Below are positions 12,642-24,695 of a stretch of DNA of 64,000 nt, in pieces; the stretch's first letter is position 1, and each line of letters opens with the position of its first letter. The position numbers and the translations under genes were made by a program. The notes under the pieces were generated by a model that saw only the letters and a program-made list of their open reading frames with translations, was not told the origin of the DNA and ran no database searches. Source of the DNA: Albugo candida (taxonomy: Eukaryota). The stretch covers positions 124,001-188,000 of the forward strand of contig JBDOQK010000034.1 of assembly GCA_040437565.1 (NCBI GenBank), in the 5' to 3' direction.

Positions 12642-13266
12642 ATGGAACGCTGGGCTGGCGATATCGTTGAATTGAGCAATTTGCTTCACAATGACTGCGA
12701 GGAGCCTAATCCATCCATTGGGATCACACCCTCCACACTCACCATTACTGGCTGTAAGGAATCTGATCGGCCAATTGGGCAGATTGCGGTGCACGATCCG
12801 AAGGCAATTTGGCTTCCACATGAAGTTCCAAGCGACGACGAAGACGATAACAGCTTTGATATAAGAACTCGTCCACTGTATGTATCTTTTGAATTGATAT
12901 GATCCCTGCGCTTAGTCGAACAGCTTTGAGATTTTGTACAAACAAAATGTGATGACCGAAGATGTGTTTCTTGGGCTGAGCGATAAAGATCCATCGTCCG
13001 CGCAATGCGAAGCGATGCTCGTGCGAATTTTCTGTCCAAAGCATAAAATCGAGCAAATCGAATTGGAAGTAAAAACTCAGAAATTGCTTATGAGCTCTTC
13101 CACATTGTACGTGTCGAAATGTTTGCGATAGGATAAAAACGTTTCATGTAGGAAATTGGCGCTTTGTTTACCGTATCCGGTACGTTATCAGGACGGGAAA
13201 GCAGAATGGGATGCAGAAAAGTGTGTTTTGGCAGTATCTCTTCCAATAATTCGAGCGGAATGGTGA
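12642..13266 (+). CDS. DNAAF6: Dynein axonemal assembly factor 6 (PIH1D3/Twister)
   Basis: FEILYKQNVMTEDVFLGLSDKDPSS and a CS-like tail KLALCLPYPV...GKAEWDAEKCVLAVSLPIIR. Two introns. Confidence 0.85.
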
Positions 13267-13508
13267 GGTATTCGAACATCATGTAGAGTATTCAGGCAGC
13301 TTTTTCGCGCAATTCTTATACAAAGTCATACTTTTACGCAGTCTATCTTTATATATTATGAAGCTGGGAATCCTACGCGTCGATCAACTCGGAGATGAAA
13401 CAGCAAAGAAACTTCCGCCAAATTCGTTGCGTTTCAAGAAGCATTCAATAACCTCTATTAATGTATATCGCCGTGGACGAAATGTATTATCCCTTAGAGG
13501 TTCAACCA

Positions 13509-14714
13509 TTAAGCGAAAGAAGGCGCGCGCACTTTTTTCTGATACTCGACTTTGTGCTGTAATTTGCGCTGCGATAATGTCCAATTTGCCATAATACACA
13601 CATAGTCTCCTTCAAATGTTGCTTGCGTGTGTCCTCCCCGACGTCGATACGACTGTTCGTCGTCCAGTACCACAATATCTTTCTCGAAAATCTCCATCTT
13701 TAAAGTTTTCAATGCGTTCTGATCGGCAAACACACTGACTGTGAATTTTCCAGGCTGAAAACATCGAACCACATTTTTCAAAAGCGAATCATAACACCGA
13801 AGACGCGCGTTCGTTTCAAAACTGACATAACTGCAATGCGATTCCGGTGTCACATGAATCGTATAATACGCATCGAATAGAATGCCGTTCATCGAGTACC
13901 CGCACGGTTCAAATGCAACTTCGTCAAGAATAGCTCCGGGGACCAAATCTCGTATACCGCTTTTGATTGTGATTTCGCGCGAACTGATGGCCGGATCCAA
14001 ATTTTTGCGAAATTGTTTCGCGATATCCTCATTCATTGCTTGCATCATAATATGAAGTGTACTGTCCGAATTTTGCATCGAACGGGTATCAGAATACGCA
14101 GATATTGATCGGATTGGGTCACTTATAGTCCAGCCATTGTCTTGGTGGTGCTCGGCATCCCATACATATATGTACCAATGATCATCATTTAGTGGCCCCA
14201 AGACGTGAGCGGATCCGTTGGGAAAGTATTGGCTCAAATATGCGACCTCAGTAGTGAATGAAGTGTGTGGAAATCGCTGTTCTTCCGGAAATATATAATT
14301 TTTACGCGAATACCCAACCCACTGGATGTCCATATCTAGTTTCTTGGCGGCGCTTATAATGATTGGAAGACATGCCAAAAGTGTTGTTGTACCACAAGTT
14401 TTCAGGACTAATTTATTCGCGTACACAAATAAACTCGATTCCGATAGGACGTATGCATCAAGATGGGAGTTTTGTATCTTGGAAAGAATTTGACATTTTG
14501 CAGCTTCCAGCATTGTATCCAGCTCCTGTCGTGAAACCTGGCGAAATCCGAGCGGCGATGTAGAAGATTTGACTCTAAAGTCGATTTCCAGGTTTTTTTC
14601 TGGTCCTTCAAATACACTGCCGACGAAGAGAGCAGATGACTCGGATTGGGTCGAGCTTGTTTCTTCATCGGGAGTACAAGGACTTTTAATTGGTGGGGCG
14701 TCTGAAAGTGTCAT
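13509..14714 (-). CDS. SAMDC: S-adenosylmethionine decarboxylase proenzyme
   Basis: FEGPEKNLEI, self-cleavage site AYVLSESSLFV, LKTCGTT, FEPCGYSMN, TIHVTPE, SYVSFE. Confidence 0.97.
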   Translation of the reverse strand: MTLSDAPPIKSPCTPDEETSSTQSESSALFVGSVFEGPEKNLEIDFRVKSSTSPLGFRQVSRQELDTMLEAAKCQILSKIQNSHLDAYVLSESSLFVYANKLVLKTCGTTTLLACLPIIISAAKKLDMDIQWVGYSRKNYIFPEEQRFPHTSFTTEVAYLSQYFPNGSAHVLGPLNDDHWYIYVWDAEHHQDNGWTISDPIRSISAYSDTRSMQNSDSTLHIMMQAMNEDIAKQFRKNLDPAISSREITIKSGIRDLVPGAILDEVAFEPCGYSMNGILFDAYYTIHVTPESHCSYVSFETNARLRCYDSLLKNVVRCFQPGKFTVSVFADQNALKTLKMEIFEKDIVVLDDEQSYRRRGGHTQATFEGDYVCIMANWTLSQRKLQHKVEYQKKVRAPSFA

Positions 14715-15153
14715 ATTGCACTCGAGTTTTGATAAGTGTTATGCTGGCTCGTCACAAGCACCGACGTAAAAGAAGCCAGTGAAGATAGACCGACGATCCA
14801 CGATATATTTGAGCTTGTTGTTTGAAGAAAGTTCTTCAATTAACAGCATTAACGACGCAAGAGANNNNNNNNNNNNNNNNNNNNNNNNNNNNNNNNNNNN
14901 NNNNNNNNNNNNNNNNNNNNNNNNNNNNNNNNNNNNNNNNNNNNNNNNNNNNNNNNNNNNNNNNACAAGGACTTTTAATTGGTGGGGCGTCTGAAAGTGT
15001 CATATTGCACTCGAGTTTTGATAAGTGTTATGCTGGCTCGTCACAAGCACCGACGTAAAAGAAGCCAGTGAAGATAGACCGACGATCCACGATATATTTG
15101 AGCTTGTTGTTTGAAGAAAGTTCTTCAATTAACAGCATTAACGACGCAAGAGA
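14676..15153. repeat. Direct repeat 14676-14864 / 14965-15153 across a 100-N gap
   Basis: Both copies start acaaggactttt and end gcaagaga. Confidence 0.9.
14739..14849 (-). promoter_or_regulatory. 36-codon upstream ORF in the SAMDC leader (second copy at 15028-15138 in the gap duplication)
   Basis: Translated by hand: MLLIEELSSNNKLKYIVDRRSIFTGFFYVGACDEPA*. Its stop lies 24 nt before the SAMDC ATG. Confidence 0.6.
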
Positions 15154-15391
15154 CAATGTTTGACAATACAATTTGCGTCTGACTTGGTTATATAAAAATC
15201 GATCAATGGTAGGCTAATAGGACAATCGAATGTTGGTAATTTCAGTGTACAGCTTTGATTCGATGCCAGCTAAAATGACTGGCTCTTATAGCTCGCATGA
15301 TTCTGATCATTTTCTGCGCTCCTTTTTGGCCAATCAAAATTATCCAATCATACAATTGTTTCAACTCTTTGAAATGACTGCTTTTGTAAAG

Positions 15392-15717
15392 AGCAGCCGT
15401 GAGGCTTGACTGAATGCGATCGATGTATTGACACTCTCTAATTACGGATGGGTAGATGTCTGTATAAAACTGTTAAAATGATAACTGAAAGTAATCCCAG
15501 GGAANNNNNNNNNNNNNNNNNNNNNNNNNNNNNNNNNNNNNNNNNNNNNNNNNNNNNNNNNNNNNNNNNNNNNNNNNNNNNNNNNNNNNNNNNNNNNNNN
15601 NNNNAGCAGCCGTGAGGCTTGACTGAATGCGATCGATGTATTGACACTCTCTAATTACGGATGGGTAGATGTCTGTATAAAACTGTTAAAATGATAACTG
15701 AAAGTAATCCCAGGGAA
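15392..15717. repeat. Direct repeat 15392-15504 / 15605-15717 across a 100-N gap
   Basis: agcagccgtgagg...cccagggaa occurs on both sides of the gap. Confidence 0.9.
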
Positions 15718-16336
15718 GTATTATGCGTGTGTTACTCTTAAAGTTTCAGAAAGTTTTCATGTGCCACGCGAGAATCGTATTACATTGATCTGATAAGGAA
15801 TTGAGGATGCGTCCACTTCCGAACCCACAGACACAAAATATGCGAGGTGTTGACACATTTAACAATTCTTACATTACACACTACAAGCATCGTAATTGTA
15901 TGTCAATCGAACGTCTGCTTTTGTGCCACAACTCCGGTAATCAGTCGATATGATTCAGTCAGGTGAGTATATTGTAGAAGTAGGTCTTAGTTCTGACTGA
16001 TCATGTACGGTTTCGCAGCTGCTGTGGCACTGTATAACGTTCGAAATTCGCGCTTACATAAAGTACCGGAGTTGACGATTCAATCAGCGAGACATAGTTG
16101 TCGAGTGATTAGTCTTAGTAAAGTCATGGAATCTTTCTTTTTCCGTATTGAGGCTTTGATTAAGTGCGTTCTGTCGACTTTGACCCCCAAAGTGCCTCTA
16201 CTACTGCCTTCCGATTGAACAAACATATTTTTCGAGAAGCATTTATTCAATTAAGTAAATTCTCAGGTCATCCGCACTGGACAGATATTAGCAGAGCTTG
16301 CCAGAATCGCAACATATTTGGCGACTGCGCACTGCC

Positions 16337-18633
16337 TTACTTTTGAATTTCTGGAGAGATCACGAGCGCGTAATACCGAGCAAATACGAGGGATGCAAAC
16401 ATAAGCGCGTCAATGCGATCGAGCATGCCTCCATGACCCGGAATGAGTCTTCCTGAATCCTTCACAATCGCAACTCGTTTGAGTAAACTCTCAAATAAAT
16501 CACCCAATCGACCGATAATAACAGCCAAAATCGTAAAAAGCACTTTGACCGTAGCAGAGCCAGGCATTTCCAATAGACCCGATACAAGAAGCATGGACCC
16601 AACACCAAAGAAAATAGCCCCCAACGTGCCCTCATAATCCTTGCTTTTGGATATATGAGGCGCTAAAAAATGATTTTTATGATACTGTAATCGAGAAAGA
16701 ATTTTTCCTGTCAAGTACGCTCCCGTATCGGATCCCCACACCACGCAAAGCAATATAATGAGCAATTTACGGTAATGAATGCGCTTGTCATCATCGACAA
16801 AAGCGACCAAAACAGACAAGCTCCCAATAATGTAAAAGAAGCCCATGATATCGAGAATGAAGTGAACCAGCGCGTCAATGCAATTCGGACTGGAAATCCA
16901 TCGGAAAAAGAATGTCAACACAATTGAAAATGCAACGAGGCAAGTTGGATTGATAAGAAAATCGCAGCTGATTTGGTTGATTGGACACATGACCGAATGC
17001 ATCGTGAGAAACGTGAATACCAAGTCTTGAAGGATGAGAATGAAGCTATGCTGCCACGTTGGGCTGTAACAAGCGCTCATACAAGCTGCAAAATTGCTGA
17101 AAATAGCATATATCCAACGATATGCATACAGTTCCGTCGTATGAAGCGCATTGATGAATCCTGTAATATAAATGAACAGTAGTGTCATTATTGTTGACAA
17201 ACAAGCGGATACCGATAGTACTGCCAGCCAATTCCGCTCTTGAAAATATCGAGAAGCCAACCACGCAATGGAGCAATCATCTTGCTGGGGATGTGCGGAA
17301 AATGTGAGAGTATTTGTCGAAAATACCATATTCAAGCTTGTTCCTGTCTGAGGGTACTCATTTTGGTGGTATTGGGTCAATTCATCCAAATTCGGATTAT
17401 GGCCAATCGTATCAGTGAAGGCGTCCGTTGGGGCAGGATAAGCACAAGACATCGCACAGGTATCACTGGAGCACGATGGAAACGATTGACGATGATGTTC
17501 GTACTCTGACGGACTCAATTCAGGCTCGTGCTGAGCATTTCCTTGTGCAATTTGCGCTTGATGTTGCAACTTCATGATTCGATGCATGAGCTGATGATGG
17601 ATTCGGTAGGAGAGCCAAGCGTATTCGCAGTTACATACATTTGCGACTAATCCGCAAATAGTGGCAGTAGCAAAAGCGGGCGAATGCCAAATCACGTACG
17701 TGACGGCCGGCGCCAACACCGAANNNNNNNNNNNNNNNNNNNNNNNNNNNNNNNNNNNNNNNNNNNNNNNNNNNNNNNNNNNNNNNNNNNNNNNNNNNNN
17801 NNNNNNNNNNNNNNNNNNNNNNNTTCCGTCGTATGAAGCGCATTGATGAATCCTGTAATATAAATGAACAGTAGTGTCATTATTGTTGACAAACAAGCGG
17901 ATACCGATAGTACTGCCAGCCAATTCCGCTCTTGAAAATATCGAGAAGCCAACCACGCAATGGAGCAATCATCTTGCTGGGGATGTGCGGAAAATGTGAG
18001 AGTATTTGTCGAAAATACCATATTCAAGCTTGTTCCTGTCTGAGGGTACTCATTTTGGTGGTATTGGGTCAATTCATCCAAATTCGGATTATGGCCAATC
18101 GTATCAGTGAAGGCGTCCGTTGGGGCAGGATAAGCACAAGACATCGCACAGGTATCACTGGAGCACGATGGAAACGATTGACGATGATGTTCGTACTCTG
18201 ACGGACTCAATTCAGGCTCGTGCTGAGCATTTCCTTGTGCAATTTGCGCTTGATGTTGCAACTTCATGATTCGATGCATGAGCTGATGATGGATTCGGTA
18301 GGAGAGCCAAGCGTATTCGCAGTTACATACATTTGCGACTAATCCGCAAATAGTGGCAGTAGCAAAAGCGGGCGAATGCCAAATCACGTACGTGACGGCC
18401 GGCGCCAACACCGAAGCTGAAAGGATTCGCTGAATATAATTCTGATGCAGCCAATGAACGCAGTGGTAGATGGACTCATTTGGCTCATTGACTGTCGGTG
18501 AGGTGACTTCTACGTACATGGGATCTTCCGCTTTGAGTCGGTTGAGTGTATTTTGAGAGGAAGTATCCTCCATAGTTGCAGCAACTGCTTGATCGTGACT
18601 GCCATATAATGTCTTCGATACTTTTTGCCGCAT
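16337..18633 (-). CDS. Phosphatidate cytidylyltransferase (CDP-diacylglycerol synthase, CTP_transf_1), split by a gap duplication
   Basis: WGSDTGAY, SKSKDYEG, GDLFESLLKR, KDSGRLIPGHGGMLDRIDA, and multiple TM segments. Merging the duplicated 592 bp gives one continuous ORF. Confidence 0.9.
17132..18415. repeat. Direct repeat 17132-17723 / 17824-18415 across a 100-N gap
   Basis: The same ORF text recurs at offset 692. Confidence 0.92.
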
Positions 18634-19372
18634 GCGCTAGTGAAGGCTTTTAACCAATCAATTTGCCTGCAGAAAGCTATGCACCAGTAGTTGGACGGTA
18701 TTCTGTTGCAGCCATTTATGCATTGCAAGCGATTATAGTCTTTGTATTATGTCAACATAATCGCAGAGTGAGCTCAGTCGGTTCGGTTTTTTATTTGTAT
18801 AACCTCTGATCCATAATGCGAAAGGAAATTATGTGTAATTGAGTCGAATTATGTCGACATTCTGCGTCAGTGACTAGCGCGAATGTTTAAAGCTGCTACT
18901 CCGCATTCCTAAGGCGAAAATAAGTGCATCATGCACGCCTCGTGTTCACAGCAAGTTGGTGATTTATGAATCAGTACATGAACGATAACACCGGACGGTG
19001 GATGGATCAAGAGGGACGTTAGAAATGATACGACATGAAACCGAGCATGTAGTGTTTGTAGACAGTCAGAGCCAAACGATGAGATACTTTGTCCGTCTTG
19101 CTATCTTTTTTCTAATCAACTCAATGCTGTAGCTTAGTTGAAGTTGTCTATATTACTAGAATTAGACGTAAATGACTTCTCTAATGCCTAAACTACAATA
19201 AATAAATAAATTGAATGCTATGTTGGTCTAGAAAGCCGCAGCGAGGCTCAGCGACTGGAATAAGATAGTACTAAGTTAGAAACGCCACGCACAATGCTGC
19301 AGCTTATCTGCAATAAGATTTCCTAACATTTACTATACGTTAAGGTAACATGTTAGGTTATCATCGTCGAGG

Positions 19373-20237
19373 ATGAATACTTCGCCAGCAGAGTCTGACG
19401 ATGCAAAAGCCGTCGAGCGATTGTCTGGTGCGATTATAGGTTCCCGGAATGAGCGAGGAATCCCTGCAGCAATTTTCATTGTATGCTCTTTTCCTTCCAC
19501 ACTCCAATATCCTCTGATCGTTCGCATAGGAATCAGCGGATGTGTTTCTTCAATCACTTGACATCACAGATGCGATGCCATTGATGGGCGCAATGCAGCA
19601 GCTATACAGAAAATATAAGTTTATGGAGGCCAATTTTCAGAAAACTCACGCGTCTTTGAAACTAAAATTACCTGACACTGAGAAAGATTTGGAGATGTTG
19701 CACCATTTGATGGCAAAACAGGTAAGTATCCTTCATGCGTCGGAATGTGGCTTTAATTTGGACGACAGGAAGCCAAGGAGACGATTCGCACAAAGTTCAA
19801 TCTAGCGGATAACATTTACGTAAAAGCTGCTGTGGACCCGTCCATAGGGAACGTCTGCATTTGGCTTGGTGTAAGGCTCAAGCTTATTCACTGATTGATG
19901 TGCTCACCAAATAAGGAGGCAGGCCAATGTAATGGTGGAGTTCTCATACAACGAAGCGCTGGAGCTTCTCGAAAAGAATATAGCAACGGCAAAGGCGCAA
20001 ATGGTACGTTCAACGATTTGCAATAGACAAAAAGTAAGTATTTTACGATAGAATCAGCTCGAATCAGATCTGGGATATCTTCGCGATCAAATCATTACAA
20101 CAGAAGTTAATATGGCGAGGGTCTACAATCATGATGTGAAACGTCGGCAACGAGTACGATTTTGTATGAGAGATCAGTGATATCTGGTGTAAATTTGTGT
20201 GGTTTAGGGCACAGCGCCGGTTGTCCAGAGTACTTAG
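19373..20237 (+). CDS. PFDN3: Prefoldin subunit 3 (VBP1/Pac10), multi-exon
   Basis: RNERGIPAAIFI, QQLYRKYKFME, VCIWLG|ANVMVEF, LRDQIITTEVNMARVYNHDV. Five short GT-AG introns. Confidence 0.93.
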
Positions 20238-20711
20238 TGCCATTCAAAGTTGATAAGGAAATTGATGCTTGTTTTTGCGACTACGCTTTCCGTTCGTATC
20301 GTTGCCACTCATCGAAGCATCTCAGCCCAATAGCACCGGTGTCTGCCATCTATCTTGCCTTCGTACTTTGGAGAAGGCTTATTCTATGACATAACGCTTA
20401 GTTGAGAATGTAGATAGGAATGCTGAATTGTTGCTACAATAAACGTATTTGAAGCCACATTACAAGAAAGAAAAGCTTGGCAGGCAGCATGAATAATCAC
20501 CGTCAATTGGGTAGCAGAGCTTTTGCAGATGGATTGATCGCTTAGTTGAATAGAATCAGATAAAACTGATTCCATATAGCGCCATTACATATCATCAGAT
20601 CTGATTCGATATAACATATACGTTTATGGAGGCACACAGGTCTTAAAAATTAATGGCAGCCATCAAATTGCTTTATTACTAAACTAAGCATACTCCGTCC
20701 ATCAATCAGAA

Positions 20712-21263
20712 ATGCCGCTGGATACGAGTAAATTCACGCTTGTGAAAACCGCAAAGTATTCGGTCGTTCATCCGATCAAAGGATGCAAGCCGATGAAGCC
20801 AACTGTGGTCTCTGTTAAGAAACCAGCGACTTCTGTTGCAGCACCGTGTAAAGCCAAAGCTGAAGATGATGATGATGACGATCTGTTCGGCGATGACGAT
20901 GATGATGACGATCAAGCCGCAAAGGAATCGGCCAAAAAACGCGCTGAAGCCGCTCAAGCCGCCAAAAGTAAAAAGGAAAAAGCCAAGCCAGTGGAACGGA
21001 CCTCTGTTGTAATAGAAGTGAAGCCATGGGAGGCAGAAACAGACTTGGAAGCGCTCGCTATAAAAATCAAAGCTACCAACATTGAAGGACTGAAATGGGG
21101 CGAAGGTCATAAACTCGTCGATGTCGCTTTCGGAATAAAAAAATTGCTGGTTCAATGTGTCATTATCGATGATTTGGTCGTATTGGATGACATCACAGAC
21201 GCCATTGAGAAATTCGAAGACGACGTTCAAAGTGTCGACGTTGCGACTATGAACAAAATTTAA
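20712..21263 (+). CDS. EEF1B: Elongation factor 1-beta/delta (eEF1B guanine-nucleotide exchange subunit)
   Basis: Acidic DDDDDLFGDDD region, then the GEF domain VVIEVKPWEAETDL, GLKWG, VAFGIKKL, VQSVDVATMNKI. Confidence 0.95.
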   Translation: MPLDTSKFTLVKTAKYSVVHPIKGCKPMKPTVVSVKKPATSVAAPCKAKAEDDDDDDLFGDDDDDDDQAAKESAKKRAEAAQAAKSKKEKAKPVERTSVVIEVKPWEAETDLEALAIKIKATNIEGLKWGEGHKLVDVAFGIKKLLVQCVIIDDLVVLDDITDAIEKFEDDVQSVDVATMNKI

Positions 21264-21286
21264 CCTTGAAATAAATAATTTCAAAT

Positions 21287-22117
21287 ATGATCATGTTGCA
21301 TTCCGCGCCAAAATTTGAGACTTTTTCTTTTTTGAGCAAAATTGGCCATGACATTTGTCCGATCAGAGTCGAAATCGCCGAATGGATCCACCAGAGTTCC
21401 GAGCAGAAAGCCTCAAAAGACGATTTTGACGTCCATTTTGGTCTTTTCGTATGGCCGAGTGCTCGAATTCTCACACAATTTCTCGCACGAAATCTTGGAA
21501 TTCTTGAAGGGAAAATTGTTTTGGAGCTCGGATGTGGTCCAGCTTTGCCGACAATCTTTGCTGCTCGTCATGGACGCTTGGAACACGTACGTCGCGCTTG
21601 AAACACGTCCAAATGTCAGTTTTCGTTGTAGGCGTATGCGACGGACTCGAGTCGAAATCCAGATGTTCGATGTAATGTGAAAGCGAATATTCGAGAGAAT
21701 CGATTGGAAGCAATCGCGTCGTATTTCTGCTTGGATTGGGGTCTGCCGTCGTTCTCCCAACTTGAGAGATTTCGCGATACAAAGCCACCGGATATCGTGT
21801 TGGCAGCTGATTGTATGTATGAACCTAAATGTAAGAGCTGCGATGTGATTGTCGATTCGCTGACTGTGATGTGAGGAGATTACGATAGGATTCTTGGAAC
21901 GATTGCATTTCTGTTTGAACTCAATCCATCGTGTCAGTGTTTTCTGAGCTATCAGCTTCGTGACATCACTGATTCCATAGCGTTGTTGCTGACACGATGG
22001 CACATGGAAGCTGTACAAATTGATATCGAAACATTTTGGAGCGAATCCGATCAGAAACTTCATCCAATTCCAAGTATCGATAGTTTGTTCCTATACAAAA
22101 TCCAAGTGAAATCATAG
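21287..22117 (+). CDS. Methyltransf_16-family protein Lys/Arg methyltransferase (METTL23-like)
   Basis: FGLFVWPSARIL, VLELGCGPALP, LDWG, DIVLAADCMY. Two introns. A partial artefactual copy lies at 23146-23767. Confidence 0.85.
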
Positions 22118-24695
22118 CCATTTGCTTCAGTATCCACGCTCAAAAACGCTCCAAAATGCATCGGTCTCTCTTCCGTCGTGTTGTATGATCATTGGCGATG
22201 TGATACCATACTCTGTGCAATACTCAGTTGTATCGTTGCAAAGTTTCATAATGGGATGACAGCATTGTGCTCCGATCCAAAGAAAACAAATTTTCGCGTC
22301 CATAATAATCGCAGCTGTTTCTGAGCGCAAGTCATTCACATCGTAATCACTTACTTGCTCCCAATTGCTTTCCAGGACGAACAATTGCGATAAAGAGCTT
22401 CGTTGATGGCTCACTTTGCTCTCTTTGGTGATGGTAGGTCGTTGGAACCACTCGAGCTCGAGATCATACTGATACAATTCATCGCGAAGAAATGGTGTGA
22501 AGCGTTGAACAGCTGCGTTCTCTTTCGCATTCACTTGGTCTTGGATGAAATGTAGCCTGATCTCATGCCGCTTTTCGCGGTAATATGTCGCCAATATCGG
22601 CTCAAGCAGCTGTCGAGCTTTAGCATGTGGGTTCGAAATGACACAATTCGAGCTGGAATAGATTGTCACGGTCACTTGTTGGGTTTCAAGAATGCAGTAG
22701 ACGCCACGAGTGAAAGGGATGCTTGCGTTGGCTTGATTTGGACCATCCATTTGACTGCAAATTTGTTTCCTTGAATTTGGATATAAGCACGGTTTGAGAA
22801 GCCAGCAATTCGCGTCGTGAGCTGCGTGTGGTGCCAGCCGAAATAGCATTGCTTCCGCATTACTCAATCGGTTGTGTCGAACATCGCGAATCCTCGCAAC
22901 CTCTCGCTGCCATTCCATAAGCTGACATGTGAATGCTGCGTTTGGATTGCAAATTGCTCGTTTCTTCTTCACGATGTCCGCGGAATCTTGGTAATCCGAG
23001 TCGTTCGTGTACATCACATATGCAATGGCCAATGCACAGGAGCGANNNNNNNNNNNNNNNNNNNNNNNNNNNNNNNNNNNNNNNNNNNNNNNNNNNNNNN
23101 NNNNNNNNNNNNNNNNNNNNNNNNNNNNNNNNNNNNNNNNNNNNNTGGAATTCTTGAAGGGAAAATTGTTTTGGAGCTCGGATGTGGTCCAGCTTTGCCG
23201 ACAATCTTTGCTGCTCGTCATGGACGCTTGGAACACGTACGTCGCGCTTGAAACACGTCCAAATGTCAGTTTTCGTTGTAGGCGTATGCGACGGACTCGA
23301 GTCGAAATCCAGATGTTCGATGTAATGTGAAAGCGAATATTCGAGAGAATCGATTGGAAGCAATCGCGTCGTATTTCTGCTTGGATTGGGGTCTGCCGTC
23401 GTTCTCCCAACTTGAGAGATTTCGCGATACAAAGCCACCGGATATCGTGTTGGCAGCTGATTGTATGTATGAACCTAAATGTAAGAGCTGCGATGTGATT
23501 GTCGATTCGCTGACTGTGATGTGAGGAGATTACGATAGGATTCTTGGAACGATTGCATTTCTGTTTGAACTCAATCCATCGTGTCAGTGTTTTCTGAGCT
23601 ATCAGCTTCGTGACATCACTGATTCCATAGCGTTGTTGCTGACACGATGGCACATGGAAGCTGTACAAATTGATATCGAAACATTTTGGAGCGAATCCGA
23701 TCAGAAACTTCATCCAATTCCAAGTATCGATAGTTTGTTCCTATACAAAATCCAAGTGAAATCATAGCCATTTGCTTCAGTATCCACGCTCAAAAACGCT
23801 CCAAAATGCATCGGTCTCTCTTCCGTCGTGTTGTATGATCATTGGCGATGTGATACCATACTCTGTGCAATACTCAGTTGTATCGTTGCAAAGTTTCATA
23901 ATGGGATGACAGCATTGTGCTCCGATCCAAAGAAAACAAATTTTCGCGTCCATAATAATCGCAGCTGTTTCTGAGCGCAAGTCATTCACATCGTAATCAC
24001 TTACTTGCTCCCAATTGCTTTCCAGGACGAACAATTGCGATAAAGAGCTTCGTTGATGGCTCACTTTGCTCTCTTTGGTGATGGTAGGTCGTTGGAACCA
24101 CTCGAGCTCGAGATCATACTGATACAATTCATCGCGAAGAAATGGTGTGAAGCGTTGAACAGCTGCGTTCTCTTTCGCATTCACTTGGTCTTGGATGAAA
24201 TGTAGCCTGATCTCATGCCGCTTTTCGCGGTAATATGTCGCCAATATCGGCTCAAGCAGCTGTCGAGCTTTAGCATGTGGGTTCGAAATGACACAATTCG
24301 AGCTGGAATAGATTGTCACGGTCACTTGTTGGGTTTCAAGAATGCAGTAGACGCCACGAGTGAAAGGGATGCTTGCGTTGGCTTGATTTGGACCATCCAT
24401 TTGACTGCAAATTTGTTTCCTTGAATTTGGATATAAGCACGGTTTGAGAAGCCAGCAATTCGCGTCGTGAGCTGCGTGTGGTGCCAGCCGAAATAGCATT
24501 GCTTCCGCATTACTCAATCGGTTGTGTCGAACATCGCGAATCCTCGCAACCTCTCGCTGCCATTCCATAAGCTGACATGTGAATGCTGCGTTTGGATTGC
24601 AAATTGCTCGTTTCTTCTTCACGATGTCCGCGGAATCTTGGTAATCCGAGTCGTTCGTGTACATCACATATGCAATGGCCAATGCACAGGAGCGA
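21496..24695. repeat. Direct repeat 21496-23045 / 23146-24695 across a 100-N gap
   Basis: Identical ORFs recur at offset 1650. Confidence 0.92.

Noticed and set aside
14847-14852. TAATG overlap suggesting a plant-style tiny uORF before the SAMDC uORF
   Set aside because: I found no nearby AUG in frame with that TAA.
16337-17968. 543-aa and 313-aa ORFs as two CDP-DAG synthase paralogs
   Set aside because: They are one gene split by a duplicated contig overlap.
18857-18887. Imperfect hairpin acattc...gaatgt in the CDS/PFDN3 intergenic region
   Set aside because: It is short and imperfect, compatible with chance, and has no RNA family features.
20238-20711. Possible small minus-strand gene between PFDN3 and eEF1B (63-aa ORF)
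   Set aside because: No recognisable motif and only weak splice signals.
22127-23713. 528-aa ORF appearing to fuse a novel N-terminus to the phosphatase
   Set aside because: It is a chimera across the N gap: antisense of the duplicated methyltransferase joined to the duplicated MKP 3' half.
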